Shown in pieces: positions 51,203 through 64,000 of a stretch of 64,000 nt of DNA. The translations under genes were made by a program, and so were the position numbers. The notes under the pieces were generated by a model. It saw only the letters and a list, made by a program, of their open reading frames with translations. It was not told the DNA's origin and made no database searches. Origin of the DNA: Eledone cirrhosa (Eukaryota); contig OZ024742.1 in NCBI GenBank assembly GCA_964016885.1, forward strand, positions 30,566,001 through 30,630,000. Reading direction: 5' to 3'. Numbering within the stretch: position 1 is the first letter of the stretch; each line of letters begins with the position of its first letter.

Positions 51203-51724
51203 CCAATTTCAACGTGCTACATGTTACTTCCTTTGTTCAGCTGTCCCCTATACTGTCTGTTAGTATTAACTCCACTACTTATGTCACACATTCTTCTACT
51301 TCTGTCTGGCAAATTTCTATGGTCACGACATCTCAATACACATTAGGTATATCATATATCATATGTATGTGTGTGAGTATATATATATATATATTATATT
51401 ATATACATATATATCATTTTACATCCGCTTTTCATACAGACATATATATATATACATGTATATATATTTATATAAACACACATATATATATGATGTGTTT
51501 ATGTGTGTGTATATATATATGCGTGAAACTAATAAGACTTTTTGTACCTGTTTTGTCGTTTCCTTGAACTATATATATATATATATACATACGTGTATGT
51601 GTGTGTATATATATATATATCTTTAAATTTATACATATATTTATTTCTGTGGAGACTCATTCACATTTATAGGCATATCCTGTGTTTTGTAATGTGTATA
51701 TATGTGACGAAAGGGAAAGAGGGA

Positions 51725-53228
51725 AAGGCAGGCAGACAGACAGACAAATAGACAGATAGACTGATAGACAGACTGACAGATAGACAGACTGACAGATAGA
51801 CAGACTGACAGATAGACTGATAGACAGACTGACAGATAGACAGACTGACAGATAGACAGACTGACAGATAGACTGATAGACAGACTGACAGATAGACAGA
51901 CTGACAGATAGACAGACTGACAGATAGACAGACTGACAGATAGACTGATAGACAGACTGACAGATAGACAGACTGACAGATAGACAGACTGACAGATAGA
52001 CTGATAGACAGACTGACAGATAGACTGACTGACAGATAGACTGATAGACAGACTGACAGATAGACTGACTGACAGATAGACTGATAGACAGACTGACAGA
52101 TAGACTGACTGACAGATAGACTGATAGACAGACTGACAGATAGACTGACTGACAGATAGACTGATAGACAGACTGACAGATAGACAGACTGACAAATAGA
52201 CAGATAGATAGACCGACAGATAGACTGATAGACAGACTGACAGATAGACAGACTGACAGATAGACTGATAGACAGACTGACAGATAGACAGACTGACAAA
52301 TAGACAGATAGATAGACCGACAGATAGACTGATAGACAGACTGACAGATAGACAGACTGACAGATAGACTGATAGACAGACTGACAGATAGACTGATAGA
52401 CAGACTGACAGATAGACAGACTGACAGATAGACTGATAGACAGACTGACAGATAGACAGACTGACAGATAGACTGATAGACAGACTGACAGATAGACTGA
52501 TAGACAGACTGACAGATAGACTGATAGACAGACTGACAGATAGACAGACTGACAGATAGACAGACTGACAGATAGACAGACTGACAGATAGACAGACTGA
52601 CAGATAGACTGATAGACAGACTGACAGATAGACAGACTGACAGATAGACAGACTGACAGATAGACAGACTGACAGATAGACTGATAGACAGACTGACAGA
52701 TAGACTGACTGACAGATAGACTGATAGACAGACTGACAGATAGACAGACTGACAGATAGACAGACTGACAGATAGACTGATAGACAGACTGACAGATAGA
52801 CTGATAGACAGACTGACAGATAGACTGATAGACAGACTGACAGATAGACTGATAGACAGACTGACAGATAGACTGACTGACAGATAGACTGATAGACAGA
52901 CTGACAGATAGACTGATAGACAGACTGACAGATAGACAGACTGACAGATAGACTGATAGACAGACTGACAGATAGACTGATAGACAGACTGACAGATAGA
53001 CAGACTGACAGATAGACTGATAGACAGACTGACAGACAGACAGGCAGACAGATAGGCAGATAGAGAGATAGAGAAATTTGCTGACAGATAGACAGACAGG
53101 CAGATAGACTGACAGATAGACAGACAGGCAGATAGACTGACAGACAGACTGACAGATAGACAGATAGACAGACAGACAGGCAGATAGGCAGATATAGAGA
53201 AATAGAGAAATAGGTTGACAGATAGATA
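51725..53228. repeat. (GACA/GACT/GATA) compound tetranucleotide satellite
   Basis: 16- and 24-bp higher-order units such as GACAGACTGACAGATA; explains the 608- and 533-aa pseudo-ORFs. Confidence 0.95.
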
Positions 53229-53281
53229 TCTTTCTTTATTTGCCACAGGGGCGTACACAAATGGGACATTAAGATAGATAA

Positions 53282-56200
53282 GTTTCTTTTATTTGCCACT
53301 AGGGCATCAAAAGTGGGACAAGTACAAAGGGGGGAGTTTACACAAAAAGGCGTCCTCAATAAGGAGGAGGCAATAACAAAATATAAAAATAAAATAAGAT
53401 ATAACAAAAATAAAATTTTTAACAAAATCCTCAATAGAGAGGAGGCGCCTTGGGGGGTCGCACACACCCCCGAAAAAAGTGTGCAACCCTTTTCCTCAGG
53501 AGCACAGAGAGGGGGTGCTCCCTCGTTCCTTCCTCTTTTCCACCTACAGGCTTATGTAAAGAGAAGGCCCATTCACACGGGCCATTCTCGTCACTTTCAC
53601 CCACCTTTCATAAAAACGACTGGGGTGCAGCACCTCTCTCTCCATCCTGATCCTTCTTCCGAAATGATATCGGAAGAAACGGACCAGTTGTTGGCCAGAG
53701 AGAAAGGTGCCTGACCTCAGTCCTTTCAGACGCGTCCACCATACAACCTCTTTCGCCATGGCTATTACGCACAGAAACACCGCCTCTGCTTCATCTTTGA
53801 AGGGGGGAGGCGGCTTGATCATTACAATAGACTCGGTGGTCAACCGGATCGGTCCCACCCTTGACAGCAGTTGTTCGACATAGCCCCACAGATCGGCTAC
53901 GCCCGAGCAGTGTACCAATGCGTGTGCAACGGTTTCCTCGTCGCACACGCATCTGGGACAGATCTTTTTGGCGGGGTCCCTACCCGGGCGCCCGTGTCTG
54001 TAGAGCCTTTCTCGAACGGGTAAAGCCCCTCGGTAGCACTGCCAGGCCAGGGACTTCTGGAAGTTGTCCATAGGTCCCGGGCTGAATGTCCTACCGAACA
54101 GGCTGGCCAGTTCGTCCTCCTCCATGTCTAGGGCTTCTCCGAGGGCGTCGTCGCACCTGCTGCGTACCAGCCCTCTATAGAATGTTGCGGTGGAGTCTCC
54201 ACTGATAACCGGATCCGCCTGCCAGAGGGCGGTGAGCGCCTGGGCACACTCAGTGTGCCAGGCGCCCAGTTTTCTCGGTCTTTGCTTGACCCAGGATTGC
54301 AGCTCGGTGAGTGAGACGAGTCTGGGAAAGGTTCGTCTCACAAACGAGGCCCACACCGGTTGTCCGGTGAGGAATACGTAGAGGTGCCGTAGCCTTAATG
54401 CGTGTTTACGCATCATTAGCCACGGCATCCCCAGTCCTCCTTTCGAAGGGTGTTGACAGCAGATGGATCTCCTCACCATAGGAGCCCGCCCCTTCCAAAG
54501 GAATTGGAAGAGCGCGCGCTCCATCTTGGTGAGGGTTTCCCTTGGGCAGGACACTACGGTCAGGCGGTAGTAGATGACGGACGCTATATAAGTGTTCGCC
54601 ACCTCCGCCCGACCTTTCAGGGATAGTTTGCAACTGGCCCACTTCTGGGTCAGTGCAAACACCCTGTTCGTAACCTCCGCCCAGTTTTTCTCCACCTGGA
54701 GGTCCGGTCCGAACCAGACCCCGAGCAACTTCACCGGGCCCTCCGTCCAGCGTCCGACGACGCCATCGGAGGGCATCGGTCTGTCCCTCCACGTGCCGAG
54801 TTGCAAACCGATCGACTTGTCCCGGTTCAGCTTAGCCCCTGTGAACTTTTCGTACTCCTCCAGTAAGGTGCCGACCGCCTCGATTTCGGAGGCCGTCGAC
54901 ACCATTACTGTCACATCATCGGCGTAGGCCGACACCGCTTTCCGCAATCCCGGTTCCAAAGGGATGCCCTGCAACAACTCCAACTTCCGCAGTAGTGGCT
55001 CGAGAGTCAACACATACAGAAGGGAGGAGAGAGGGCACCCTTGTCGGATGGACCGCGCGATTTTGAACGGCTCCGAGAGGTAGCCGTTCACCTTGACCCT
55101 AGAGCAGATGCGGCTGCTGTGCATAGCAGTGATCCAGCCCCTGAAAACGGGTCCGAAGCCTGCCGCCGCTAGCACCGCATCCAGGTAACCATGGTCGACC
55201 CTATCGAACGCCTTAGATTGATCCAAGTTGATCAGAGCCCCACCAAAGCCGGGTTCGTTCCCAACCCTCTCTATGATGTATCGCATGAGGTGGAGGTTGT
55301 CATGGATGGACCTGGACGGGATAGCGCATGTCTGCGCATCTCCCACCAGGTTGCCCACGACAAGCGCCAACCTCTTTGCTAGCACCTTGGCCAAAATCTG
55401 TAACTCTGTATTTAGCAGAGTTATGGGCCTGAAGTTACTTATTTCGTCCCCCTTGTTCTCGTCCTTCCTCACTAGCGTGACTACACCCTTGGTCACAGTA
55501 CAGGGAATTCTCCCGTTCTGTTGCCAGTTGCAGTAGACCGCCTCGAGGAGATCGGGGAACAAGTCCGGCATAGCTAGATATAATTCGTAAGGAAGACCAT
55601 CGAGACCCGGGGATTTGCGTTTGCCGCATTGGCCCAGCACGTCCTCTATCTCAGCGGCCGAAATCGGCTCCTCGCAAGACTTCGCCTCCCTGTCCGAGAG
55701 GCGCGGCAGGCCGTCGAGGTATGGACCGAAGTCCACGTTTCCAACCGGCTCCCCGCCCCTCCTGAACAGTCGGGCAAAGTGCCTTTGAAAGGCCTCACAC
55801 ATCTGCTTAGGCTCAAGAATCGCCCGTCCATCCAGGTCTCGCAAAGACCGGATGGTGGATTTAGTTCCACTGTTGGCCTCTGTCACGCGGGCCCAGCTAA
55901 CAGCTTTGGCCCCCTCGTTCCCTAGAGCACGTATTTTACTTCGGACAACGCAGCCTTCGTGCTTCGCGTCGAAAAACTGGCTCAAAGCCGTTCTCGATGC
56001 TAGCACTCTGGCCACGTCGCCGCTTCTAATTGCCTCTTCTACTCTATCTATTAGCTCCCTTTCCTTCCTATTCCTATCCGCAGCTAGAACCTTACTAAAT
56101 TCAATCGAGACTACTCTAATCTCTCTCTTTAGAGATACCCACCACCTGCTGTTGACGATCGCTCCAGTCAACCGTTCCTTAACTAACGTACTAATCCGAT

Positions 56201-56920
56201 TCCTGTAGGCTCTACTTGCCGGCAAGGACAAGTTGAGCTTCCAGTAACCGGGGCCCTGTCTATGCGTTCTATCAAGGTTGACCATGCAGGTCACCAACTT
56301 GTGGTCTGAATAACCAACCATGAGCATTTCTGGACAACTTAAAAAGTCCCTGTCCTTATTTCTAACTAAAAATCTATCTAGGTACGATCTAGATGATCCG
56401 CTGCGATTTGACCAAGACCAGGTTGGCACCGTCGGAAAATCTAGTCGAAATCTATCGGCCAGGTCAAATCGGCCGAGTAACCCCTTGAGGCTGTTGCACC
56501 CCTCTCTATCGGGACATGCCCCTGCATAGTCCCAACGTGCATCCAGGATACCATTCCAATCCCCCACTAAAAGCAGGGAACGGGACGTCCCTAGAAAAGA
56601 CTCCAGACGCTGGAAAAAGTCGGGCCGCTCTGTCCCAAAAGGGGCATATGCGGCTATCAGCCTAAGGGCTCTACCTTCACCACTGCCAAGGTCCAGCACC
56701 ACCAGTCGACCCCCTGGGTCCAAGTGAACTATCTGTGTTGCAAGGCCCATATGTTTTTGCAGCAGAACGACAACCCCACCCCCACCTCCGGGCTGACAGA
56801 GAGATGCGTGCATCTCAAAGTCGTCAAAGGTGGGGGCTAGCTGTCGCATGCTGCTGATCCGGGCCTCGCAGATAACCATCACATTTATAGATTGTGACCT
56901 GAGGTCATTTAGAAGCATTG
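53282..56920 (-). mobile_element. Tx1 LINE with almost the whole ORF2, uninterrupted; bare tails at 53229-53270 and 57285-57322
   Basis: Close relative of 21607-24737; (GATA)n on both sides on the plus strand. Confidence 0.93.
53544..56918 (-). CDS. Tx1 ORF2 (EN, RT, CCHC) lacking only about 20 N-terminal residues
   Basis: Open from MLLNDLRS to YISL; GDWN, SDH, AYADD and the zinc finger are intact; the first 64 aa of the 1188-aa call are microsatellite. Confidence 0.87.
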   Translation of the reverse strand: MLLNDLRSQSINVMVICEARISSMRQLAPTFDDFEMHASLCQPGGGGGVVVLLQKHMGLATQIVHLDPGGRLVVLDLGSGEGRALRLIAAYAPFGTERPDFFQRLESFLGTSRSLLLVGDWNGILDARWDYAGACPDREGCNSLKGLLGRFDLADRFRLDFPTVPTWSWSNRSGSSRSYLDRFLVRNKDRDFLSCPEMLMVGYSDHKLVTCMVNLDRTHRQGPGYWKLNLSLPASRAYRNRISTLVKERLTGAIVNSRWWVSLKREIRVVSIEFSKVLAADRNRKERELIDRVEEAIRSGDVARVLASRTALSQFFDAKHEGCVVRSKIRALGNEGAKAVSWARVTEANSGTKSTIRSLRDLDGRAILEPKQMCEAFQRHFARLFRRGGEPVGNVDFGPYLDGLPRLSDREAKSCEEPISAAEIEDVLGQCGKRKSPGLDGLPYELYLAMPDLFPDLLEAVYCNWQQNGRIPCTVTKGVVTLVRKDENKGDEISNFRPITLLNTELQILAKVLAKRLALVVGNLVGDAQTCAIPSRSIHDNLHLMRYIIERVGNEPGFGGALINLDQSKAFDRVDHGYLDAVLAAAGFGPVFRGWITAMHSSRICSRVKVNGYLSEPFKIARSIRQGCPLSSLLYVLTLEPLLRKLELLQGIPLEPGLRKAVSAYADDVTVMVSTASEIEAVGTLLEEYEKFTGAKLNRDKSIGLQLGTWRDRPMPSDGVVGRWTEGPVKLLGVWFGPDLQVEKNWAEVTNRVFALTQKWASCKLSLKGRAEVANTYIASVIYYRLTVVSCPRETLTKMERALFQFLWKGRAPMVRRSICCQHPSKGGLGMPWLMMRKHALRLRHLYVFLTGQPVWASFVRRTFPRLVSLTELQSWVKQRPRKLGAWHTECAQALTALWQADPVISGDSTATFYRGLVRSRCDDALGEALDMEEDELASLFGRTFSPGPMDNFQKSLAWQCYRGALPVRERLYRHGRPGRDPAKKICPRCVCDEETVAHALVHCSGVADLWGYVEQLLSRVGPIRLTTESIVMIKPPPPFKDEAEAVFLCVIAMAKEVVWWTRLKGLRSGTFLSGQQLVRFFRYHFGRRIRMEREVLHPSRFYERWVKVTRMARVNGPSLYISL

Positions 56921-56963
56921 CTAGATAGATAGATATGTAGACAGACAGGCTGATAGACAGGTG

Positions 56964-57050
<87 letters not shown>

Positions 57051-57849
57051 ATTGATAGATATATCGACTGCTTGATTAGTTGATTGGTTGAGAAACAGAC
57101 AGGTAGACAAGCAGACAGACAGATAGAGAGAAAGAGGGGGGTAAAACCAGATAGAGATACATATAGAAAGTGAGAGAGGGGGAAAAGAGAAGTCGATATG
57201 TAGTAAAACAGAGAGTGGGAGAGAATTAGAGAGAGTTAGAAATAGATAGATAGATAGATAGAGGGATAGATAGATAATAGATATATTTCTTTATTAGCCA
57301 CAGGGGCACAAAAGAAGGGGAATAGATAATAGATAGATAGATAGATAGATAGATAGGTAGTGAGGTGGGGAAGAATGAGTGAAAGGCAGAGTATATAAGA
57401 AAGAGAAGGGGGGGGAGAATAACATCTTATTTAAGTATATTTGCTAATAATGTAGGTTGCTGTTGTTATTGTTATTGTGTTTATATGGAATGTGATGTGT
57501 GGGGGAAACGGGGAGGGGGTAAAGAGATGTGTGTGTGTAAAAGTGTGTTGGTAAGAGAAGAGAAAGGGTGTGTGTGTGTGAGGGGGTGATAGAGAGTGTA
57601 TATGTGTACATGAAAGAAAGGGGGGGGTAGGGAGAGGCGTGTCTATGTAAGGAAAAAGTGAGGAGAGAGAATGTTGGGGCATAGAAAGAGTGGGGGATAG
57701 AGAGAGGGGAGATAGAGAGAGTGGGGGATATATAGAGGAGGAATATAAAGAGAGGGGATAGAAAGAGTGGGGGATATAGAGAGTGGGGGATAGAGAGAGG
57801 GGGATAGAGAGAGGGGTGGGATATAGAGTGATGATGTGAAAGAAAAGAG

Positions 57850-57895
<46 letters not shown>

Positions 57896-58104
57896 GTCTG
57901 TGTGAAAGAAATGAAGAAAGAGTGAGGAAGAGAGAGGGAGAATGAGTGTGAGGAAGAGAAAGAGTGTGTGTCTAAAAGAAAGAGAGGGAGGGAAAAAAGA
58001 AGGAATAACAAATACATATGGAAAGAAGGAAAGAAAGAAGAAAAGAAAGAAGGAAAGAAAGAAAGAAGGAAAGAAAAGGTAGAAAGAGGAACTTGAAAGA
58101 TAAG

Positions 58105-58680
58105 AAGTTATGTTTGACAGTAATTTTTAATGAAGCAAACAGTCCTTATGTGGTCATTAAACCTGCTAGATATAGCAGCTAAATCCCCCTCAAATCAAAC
58201 CCTAAAAGAAGGTGGAGGCGAGGGCATAATATAATTATGTTTATGTTTGACAACAATTTTCAATGAGGCAAATAGTCTTTATGTGGTCATTAAACCTGCT
58301 AGAAATAGCAGCCAAATCTCCCTCAAACAAAATCCTACTCTCTCTCTAAAAAGAGAAGGGAAAGCTTTATGTGGTCATTCAACCTATTAGAAATAGCAGC
58401 CAAATCTCCCTCAAAACAAATCCTACTCTCTCTTTCTCTAAAAAAAGGAAGGGAAGCTTTATGTGGTCATTTAACTTGCTAGAAATAGCAGTCAAATCTC
58501 CCCCAATCCAAACCCTACTTACTCTTTAAAATGGTGTGGGGAGGGCATGATAAAATAGGATTTATGTGGTCATTGAATCTGTTAGAAATAGCAGCTAAAT
58601 CTCCATCAAACCAAACCCTATTCTCCCTAAAAATAGTGGAGAAGGGTAGAGCATAATAAACTAATGTTGTCCTAGATACA
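58105..58680. repeat. Five diverged tandem units of about 90-130 bp
   Basis: Core TTATGTGGTCATT.AACCTGCTAGAAATAGCAGCCAAATCTCCCTCAAA; a single dispersed relative occurs near 8595. Confidence 0.8.
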
Positions 58681-59108
58681 TGACTATGTGTGAGTGAAAA
58701 CCGAGATGGTCATATGTGGATTGTCTTTGACTTTGATGTTAGTTCAACTGTATCAGGACTGATGACATGCTGATGAGAAACTACAACTGGGTTTTTGAAT
58801 TTAAAATCTTCTTTTTCGCCCACTTCTTCTATCATCACAACCACCTACAATAACAACATCAACAACACTATCACCACCACTACCACCACAACCACTATTA
58901 CCAGCAACACTAGCAACACCACCATCACTGCCACTATTACCATCACCACCCTCTCCCTAACGCCACCACTTCCACAACCACCATCACCACCACCACCACC
59001 GCAACCATCACCATCACCACCACCACAACCACCACCACCACCGCCAGTGTTGTCATCTTCCTGAAGAAAAAAGCGTGAGTTAAGAAAAGTGCAGGACAAC
59101 AATAGCAG

Positions 59109-59139
<31 letters not shown>

Positions 59140-60121
59140 AGCAGCAACAACAACATCAATACAGCAACAACAACAATAGCAGAAGCAACAACAACAACAA
59201 CAATAGCAGCAGCAGCAGCAGCAGCAACAACAACAACAACAACAACAACAACATCAATACAGCAACAACAACAACAATAGCAAGAATAATGCCATTATAT
59301 GAAATGTGAATGAACTTTGCACAATCTTTTTAGACTCCCTTCACATATGCACAGAGAGAGAGAGGGGGAGGAGGGAGAGAGAGTCTGTACACACAGGGTC
59401 ACATATATACAGTCATACACACACGTGGTCAAATATGTACATACACACACAGCATGCATACACTGTTACAATGCATACAGAACGCAAAAAAAGAATCACA
59501 TATGCATATACAGCATACATACACACAAACACAGTCACATATATACATACAGTCGCACACACACACTCAGCGATATACACACATCCACCCACAGACACAC
59601 ACACACATACACATATACCCGCACGTCCACACACACCCACACACATAAAGTCACATACACACACATCGACATACACCCACACACACATCCAGACACATAC
59701 ACCCATGCACCCACCCATACACACAGACGCATACATGCACACACACACACACATCCACACACAGTCATGGACACACTCATGGGGAGAATCTGTTTTAATA
59801 GCACCACGTGGTCCTTGACTGGTTTTTAGCAGGGCCCTCTCTGTTGCAGGTGTTTAGGTTGAGATCCCAGTTTAAAGAGATCATTAAAATGATATGAGCA
59901 CTACCTTCCCTTATGACCAAGTAATGTTTTTAAAGTTGCACATATGTAAATACACACACACACACACATATACATACACATGCTCAAATACACATGCACG
60001 CCCATACATAACATGTGCAAGCACACACACACATACATGTGCAAACATACATACATGCATGCAAACACATATATACATGCAAATGTATACACATAATCAC
60101 ATGCATGCACTCATACAAACA

Positions 60122-63100
60122 CTCAGTGGGCTGGAGCACCATGGACTAAAGTGTCTTGCTCAAGGACACAGTGGACTGGAGCACCATGGACTAAAGTGTC
60201 TTGCTCAAGGACACAGTGGACTGGAGCACCATGGACTAAAGTGTCTTGCTCAAGGACACAGTGGACTGGAGCACCATGGACTAAAGTGTCTTGCTCAAGG
60301 ACATAGTGGACTGGAGCACCCTGGACTAAAGTGTCTTGCTCAAGGACACAGTGGACTGGAGCACCATGGACTAAAGTGTCTTGCTCAAGGACACAGTGGA
60401 CTGGAGCACCATGGACTAAAGTGTCTTGCTCAAGGACACAGTGGACTGGAGCACCATGGACTAAAGTGTCTTGCTCAAGGACACAGTGGACTGGAGCACC
60501 ATGGACTAAAGTGTCTTGCTCAAGGACATAGTGGACTGGAGCACCCTGGACTAAAGTGTCTTGCTCAAGGACACAGTGGACTGGAGCACCATGGACTAAT
60601 GTGTCTTGCTCAAGGACATAGTCGACTGGAGCACCATGGACTAAAGTGTCTTGTTCAAGGACACAGTGGACTGGAGCACCATGGACTAAAGTGTCTTGCT
60701 CAAGGACATAGTGGACTGGAGCACCATGGACTAAAGTGTCTTGCTCAAGAACACAGTGGACTGGAGCACCATAAACTAATGTGTCTTGCTCAAGGACACA
60801 GTGGACTGGAGCACCATGGACTAAAGTGTCTTGCTCAAGGACAAAGTGGACTGGAGCACCATGGACTAAAGTGTCTTGCTCAATGACACAGTGGACTGGA
60901 GCACCATAAACTAATGTGTCTTGCTCAAGAACACAGTGGACTGGAGCACCATGGACTAAAGTGTCTTGCTCAAGGACATAGTGGACTGGAGCACCCTGGA
61001 CTAAAGTGTCTTGCTCAAGGACACAGTGGACTGGAGCACCATGGACTAAAGTGTCTTGCTCAAGGACATAGTGGACTGGAGCACCATGGACTAAAGTGTC
61101 TTGCTCAAGGACATAGTGGACTGGAGCACCATGGACTAAAGTGTCTTGCTCAAGGACATAGTGGACTGGAGCACCATGGACTAAAGTGTCTTGCTCAAGG
61201 ACATAGTGGACTGGAGCACCATGGACTAAAGTGTCTTGCTCAAGGACATAGTGGACTGGAGCACCATGGACTAAAGTGTCTTGTTCAAGGACACAGTGGA
61301 CTGGAGCACCATGGACTAAAGTGTCTTGCTCAAGAACACAGTGGACTGGAGCACCATGGACTAAAGTGTCTTGCTCAAGAACACAGTGGACTGGAGCACC
61401 ATAAACTAATGTGTCTTGCTCAAGGACATAGTGGACTGGAGCACCCTGGACTAAAGTGTCTTGCTCAAGGACATAGTGGACTGGAGCACCCTGGACTAAA
61501 GTGTCTTGCTCAAGGACACAGTGGACTGGAGCACCCTGGACTGAAGTGTCTTGCTCAAGGACACAGTGGACTGGAGCACCATGGACTAAAGTGTCTTGCT
61601 CAAGGACATAGTGGACTGGAGCACCATGGACTAAAGTGTCTTGCTCAAGGACACAGTGGACTGGAGCACCATGGACTAAAGTGTCTTGCTCAAGGACATA
61701 GTGGACTGGAGCACCATAAACTAATGTGTCTTGCTCAAGGACATAGTGGACTGGAACACCATGGACTAAAGTGTCTTGCTCAAGGACACAGTGGACTGGA
61801 GCACCATGGACTAAAGTGTCTTGCTCAAGGACATAGTGGACTGGAGCACCATGGACTAAAGTGTCTTGCTCAAGGACACAGTGGACTGGAGCACCATGGA
61901 CTAAAGTGTCTTGCTCAAGGACATAGTGGACTGGAGCACCATGGACTAAAGTGTCTTGCTCAAGGACACAGTGGACTGGAGCACCATGGACTAAAGTGTC
62001 TTGCTCAAGGACATAGTGGACTGGAGCACCCTGGACTAAAGTGTCTTGCTCAAGGACACAGTGGACTGGAGCACCATGGACTAAAGTGTCTTGCTCAAGG
62101 ACACAGTGGACTGGAGCACCATGGACTAAAGTGTCTTGCTCAAGGACATAGTGGACTGGAGCACCATGGACTAAAGTGTCTTGCTCAAGGACATAGTGGA
62201 CTGGAGCACCATGGACTAAAGTGTCTTGCTCAAGGACATAGTGGACTGGAGCACCATGGACTAAAGTGTCTTGTTCAAGGACATAGTGGACTGGAGCACC
62301 ATGGACTAAAGTGTCTTGCTCAAGGACATAGTGGACTGGAGCACCATGGACTAAGGTGTCTTGTTCAAGGACACAGTGGATTGGAGCACCATGGACTAAA
62401 GTGTCTTGCTCAAGAACACAGTGGACTGGAGCACCATGGACTAAAGTGTCTTGCTCAAGGACACAGTGGACTGGAGCACCCTGGACTAAGGTGTCTTGCT
62501 CAAGGACACAGTGGACTGGAGCACCCTGGACTAAAGTGTCTTGCTCAAGAACACAGTGGACAGGAGCACCATGGACTAAAGTGTCTTGCTCAAGGACACA
62601 GTGGACTGGAGCACCATGGACTAAAGTGTCTTGCTCAAGGACACAGTGGACTGGAGCACCATGGACTAAAGTGTCTTGCTCAAGGACACAGTGGACTGGA
62701 GCACCATGGACTAAAGTGTCTTGCTCAAGGACACAGTGGACTGGAGCACCATGGACTAAAGTGTCTTGCTCAAGGACATAGTGGACTGGAGCACCATGGA
62801 CTAAAGTGTCTTGCTCAAGGACATAGTGGACTGGAGCACCATGGACTAAAGTGTCTTGCTCAAGGACATAGTGGACTGGAGCACCATGGACTAAAGTGTC
62901 TTGTTCAAGGACACAGTGGACTGGAGCACCATGGACTAAAGTGTCTTGCTCAAGGACATAGTGGACTGGAGCACCCTGGACTAAAGTATCTTGCTCAAGG
63001 ACACAGTGGACTGGAGCACCCTGGACTAAAGTGTCTTGCTCAAGAACACAGTGGACTGGAGCACCATGGACTAAAGTGTCTTGCTCAAGGACACAGTGTA

Positions 63101-64000
63101 CTGGAGCACCATGGACTAAAGTGTCTTGCTCAAGGACACAGTGGACTGGAGCACCATGGACTAAAGTGTCTTGCTCAAGGACACAGTGGACTGGAGCACC
63201 ATGGACTAAAGTGTCTTGCTCAAGGACACAGTGGACTGGAGCACCATGGACTAAAGTGTCTTGTTCAAGGACACAGTGGACTGGAGCACCCTGGACTAAA
63301 GTGTCTTGCTCAAGGACACAGTGGACTGGAGCACCATGGACTAAAGTGTCTTGTTCAAGGACATAGTGGACTGGAGCACCATAAACTAAAGTGTCTTGCT
63401 CAAGAACACAGTGGACTGGAGCACCCTGGACTAAAGTGTCTTGCTCAAGGACACAGTGGACTGGAGCACCATAAACTAATGTGTCTTGCTCAAGAACACA
63501 GTGGACTGGAGCACCATGGACTAAAGTGTGTTGTTCAAGGACACAGTGGACTGGAGCACCATGGACTAAAGTGTCTTGCTCAAGGACATAGTGGACTGGA
63601 GCACCCTGGACTAAAGTGTCTTGCTCAAGGACACAGTGGACTGGAGCACCATGGACTAAAGTGTCTTGCTCAAGGACACAGTGGACTGGAGCACCATGGA
63701 CTAAAGTGTCTTGCTCAAGGACACAGTGGACTGGAGCACCATGGACTAAAGTGTCTTGCTCAAGGACACAGTGGACTGGAGCACCATGGACTAAAGTGTC
63801 TTGCGCAAGGACATAGTGGACTGGAGCACCCTGGACTAAAGTGTCTTGCTCAAGGACACAGTGGACTGGAGCACCATGGACTAATGTGTCTTGCTCAAGG
63901 ACATAGTCGACTGGAGCACCATGGACTAAAGTGTCTTGTTCAAGGACACAGTGGACTGGAGCACCATGGACTAAAGTGTCTTGCTCAAGGACATAGTGGA
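60122..64000. repeat. 45-bp satellite, at least 86 units, running off the window end
   Basis: Unit CAGTGGACTGGAGCACCATGGACTAAAGTGTCTTGCTCAAGGACA; very homogeneous. Confidence 0.97.

Noticed and set aside
51641-53467. 608- and 533-aa ORFs
   Set aside because: Translations of the GACA/GATA satellite plus Tx1 3' UTR.
56919-57110. N-terminal extension of the 1188-aa ORF
   Set aside because: (GA)n/(GATA)n microsatellite that happens to be in frame; not part of the element.
59048-59074. 27-nt micro-exon (CAG|...|GTGAGT)
   Set aside because: No polypyrimidine tract, lies between low-complexity tracts, and nothing else supports it without RNA data.
59850-59920. Exon after the acceptor-like CTCTCTGTTGCAG
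   Set aside because: Stops in all three frames; no homology recognised.
60122-64000. CRISPR array or zinc-finger gene
   Set aside because: No unique spacers and no cas genes; the peptide lacks C2H2 spacing; the unit derives from a SINE and the ORF start lies in a CA microsatellite region.

Overview
Repeat-saturated eukaryotic (animal) DNA with no host protein-coding exon I can support. The SINE families, RTE and R4/Dong LINEs and dense (TA)n/(CA)n/(TATC)n microsatellites suggest an octopod cephalopod, which is an inference. A 200-N scaffold gap lies at 41186-41385. Autonomous-type elements: five copies of one RTE LINE family (two near full length) whose ORF carries a PHD-type zinc finger just after the RT core; four large Tx1-clade LINEs plus several bare 3' tails, almost all inserted in (TATC)n, two with exact 19-20 bp target-site duplications; R4/Dong-type RLE LINEs in (CATA)n; and one degenerate Tc1/mariner (maT-like) transposon. 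Non-autonomous elements: MITEs, two probable Helitrons, two tRNA-SINE families, and a U6 snRNA retrocopy with a foreign 3' tail. Satellites include a 45-bp array built from a SINE core. The least expected signal is about ten minimal type-I hammerhead ribozyme motifs, three with an intact catalytic core, in short non-coding inserts in (TA)n. Many of these inserts are fold-backs and resemble Penelope-like pseudo-LTR remnants. All alignments and folds were done by eye, and no database search was run.
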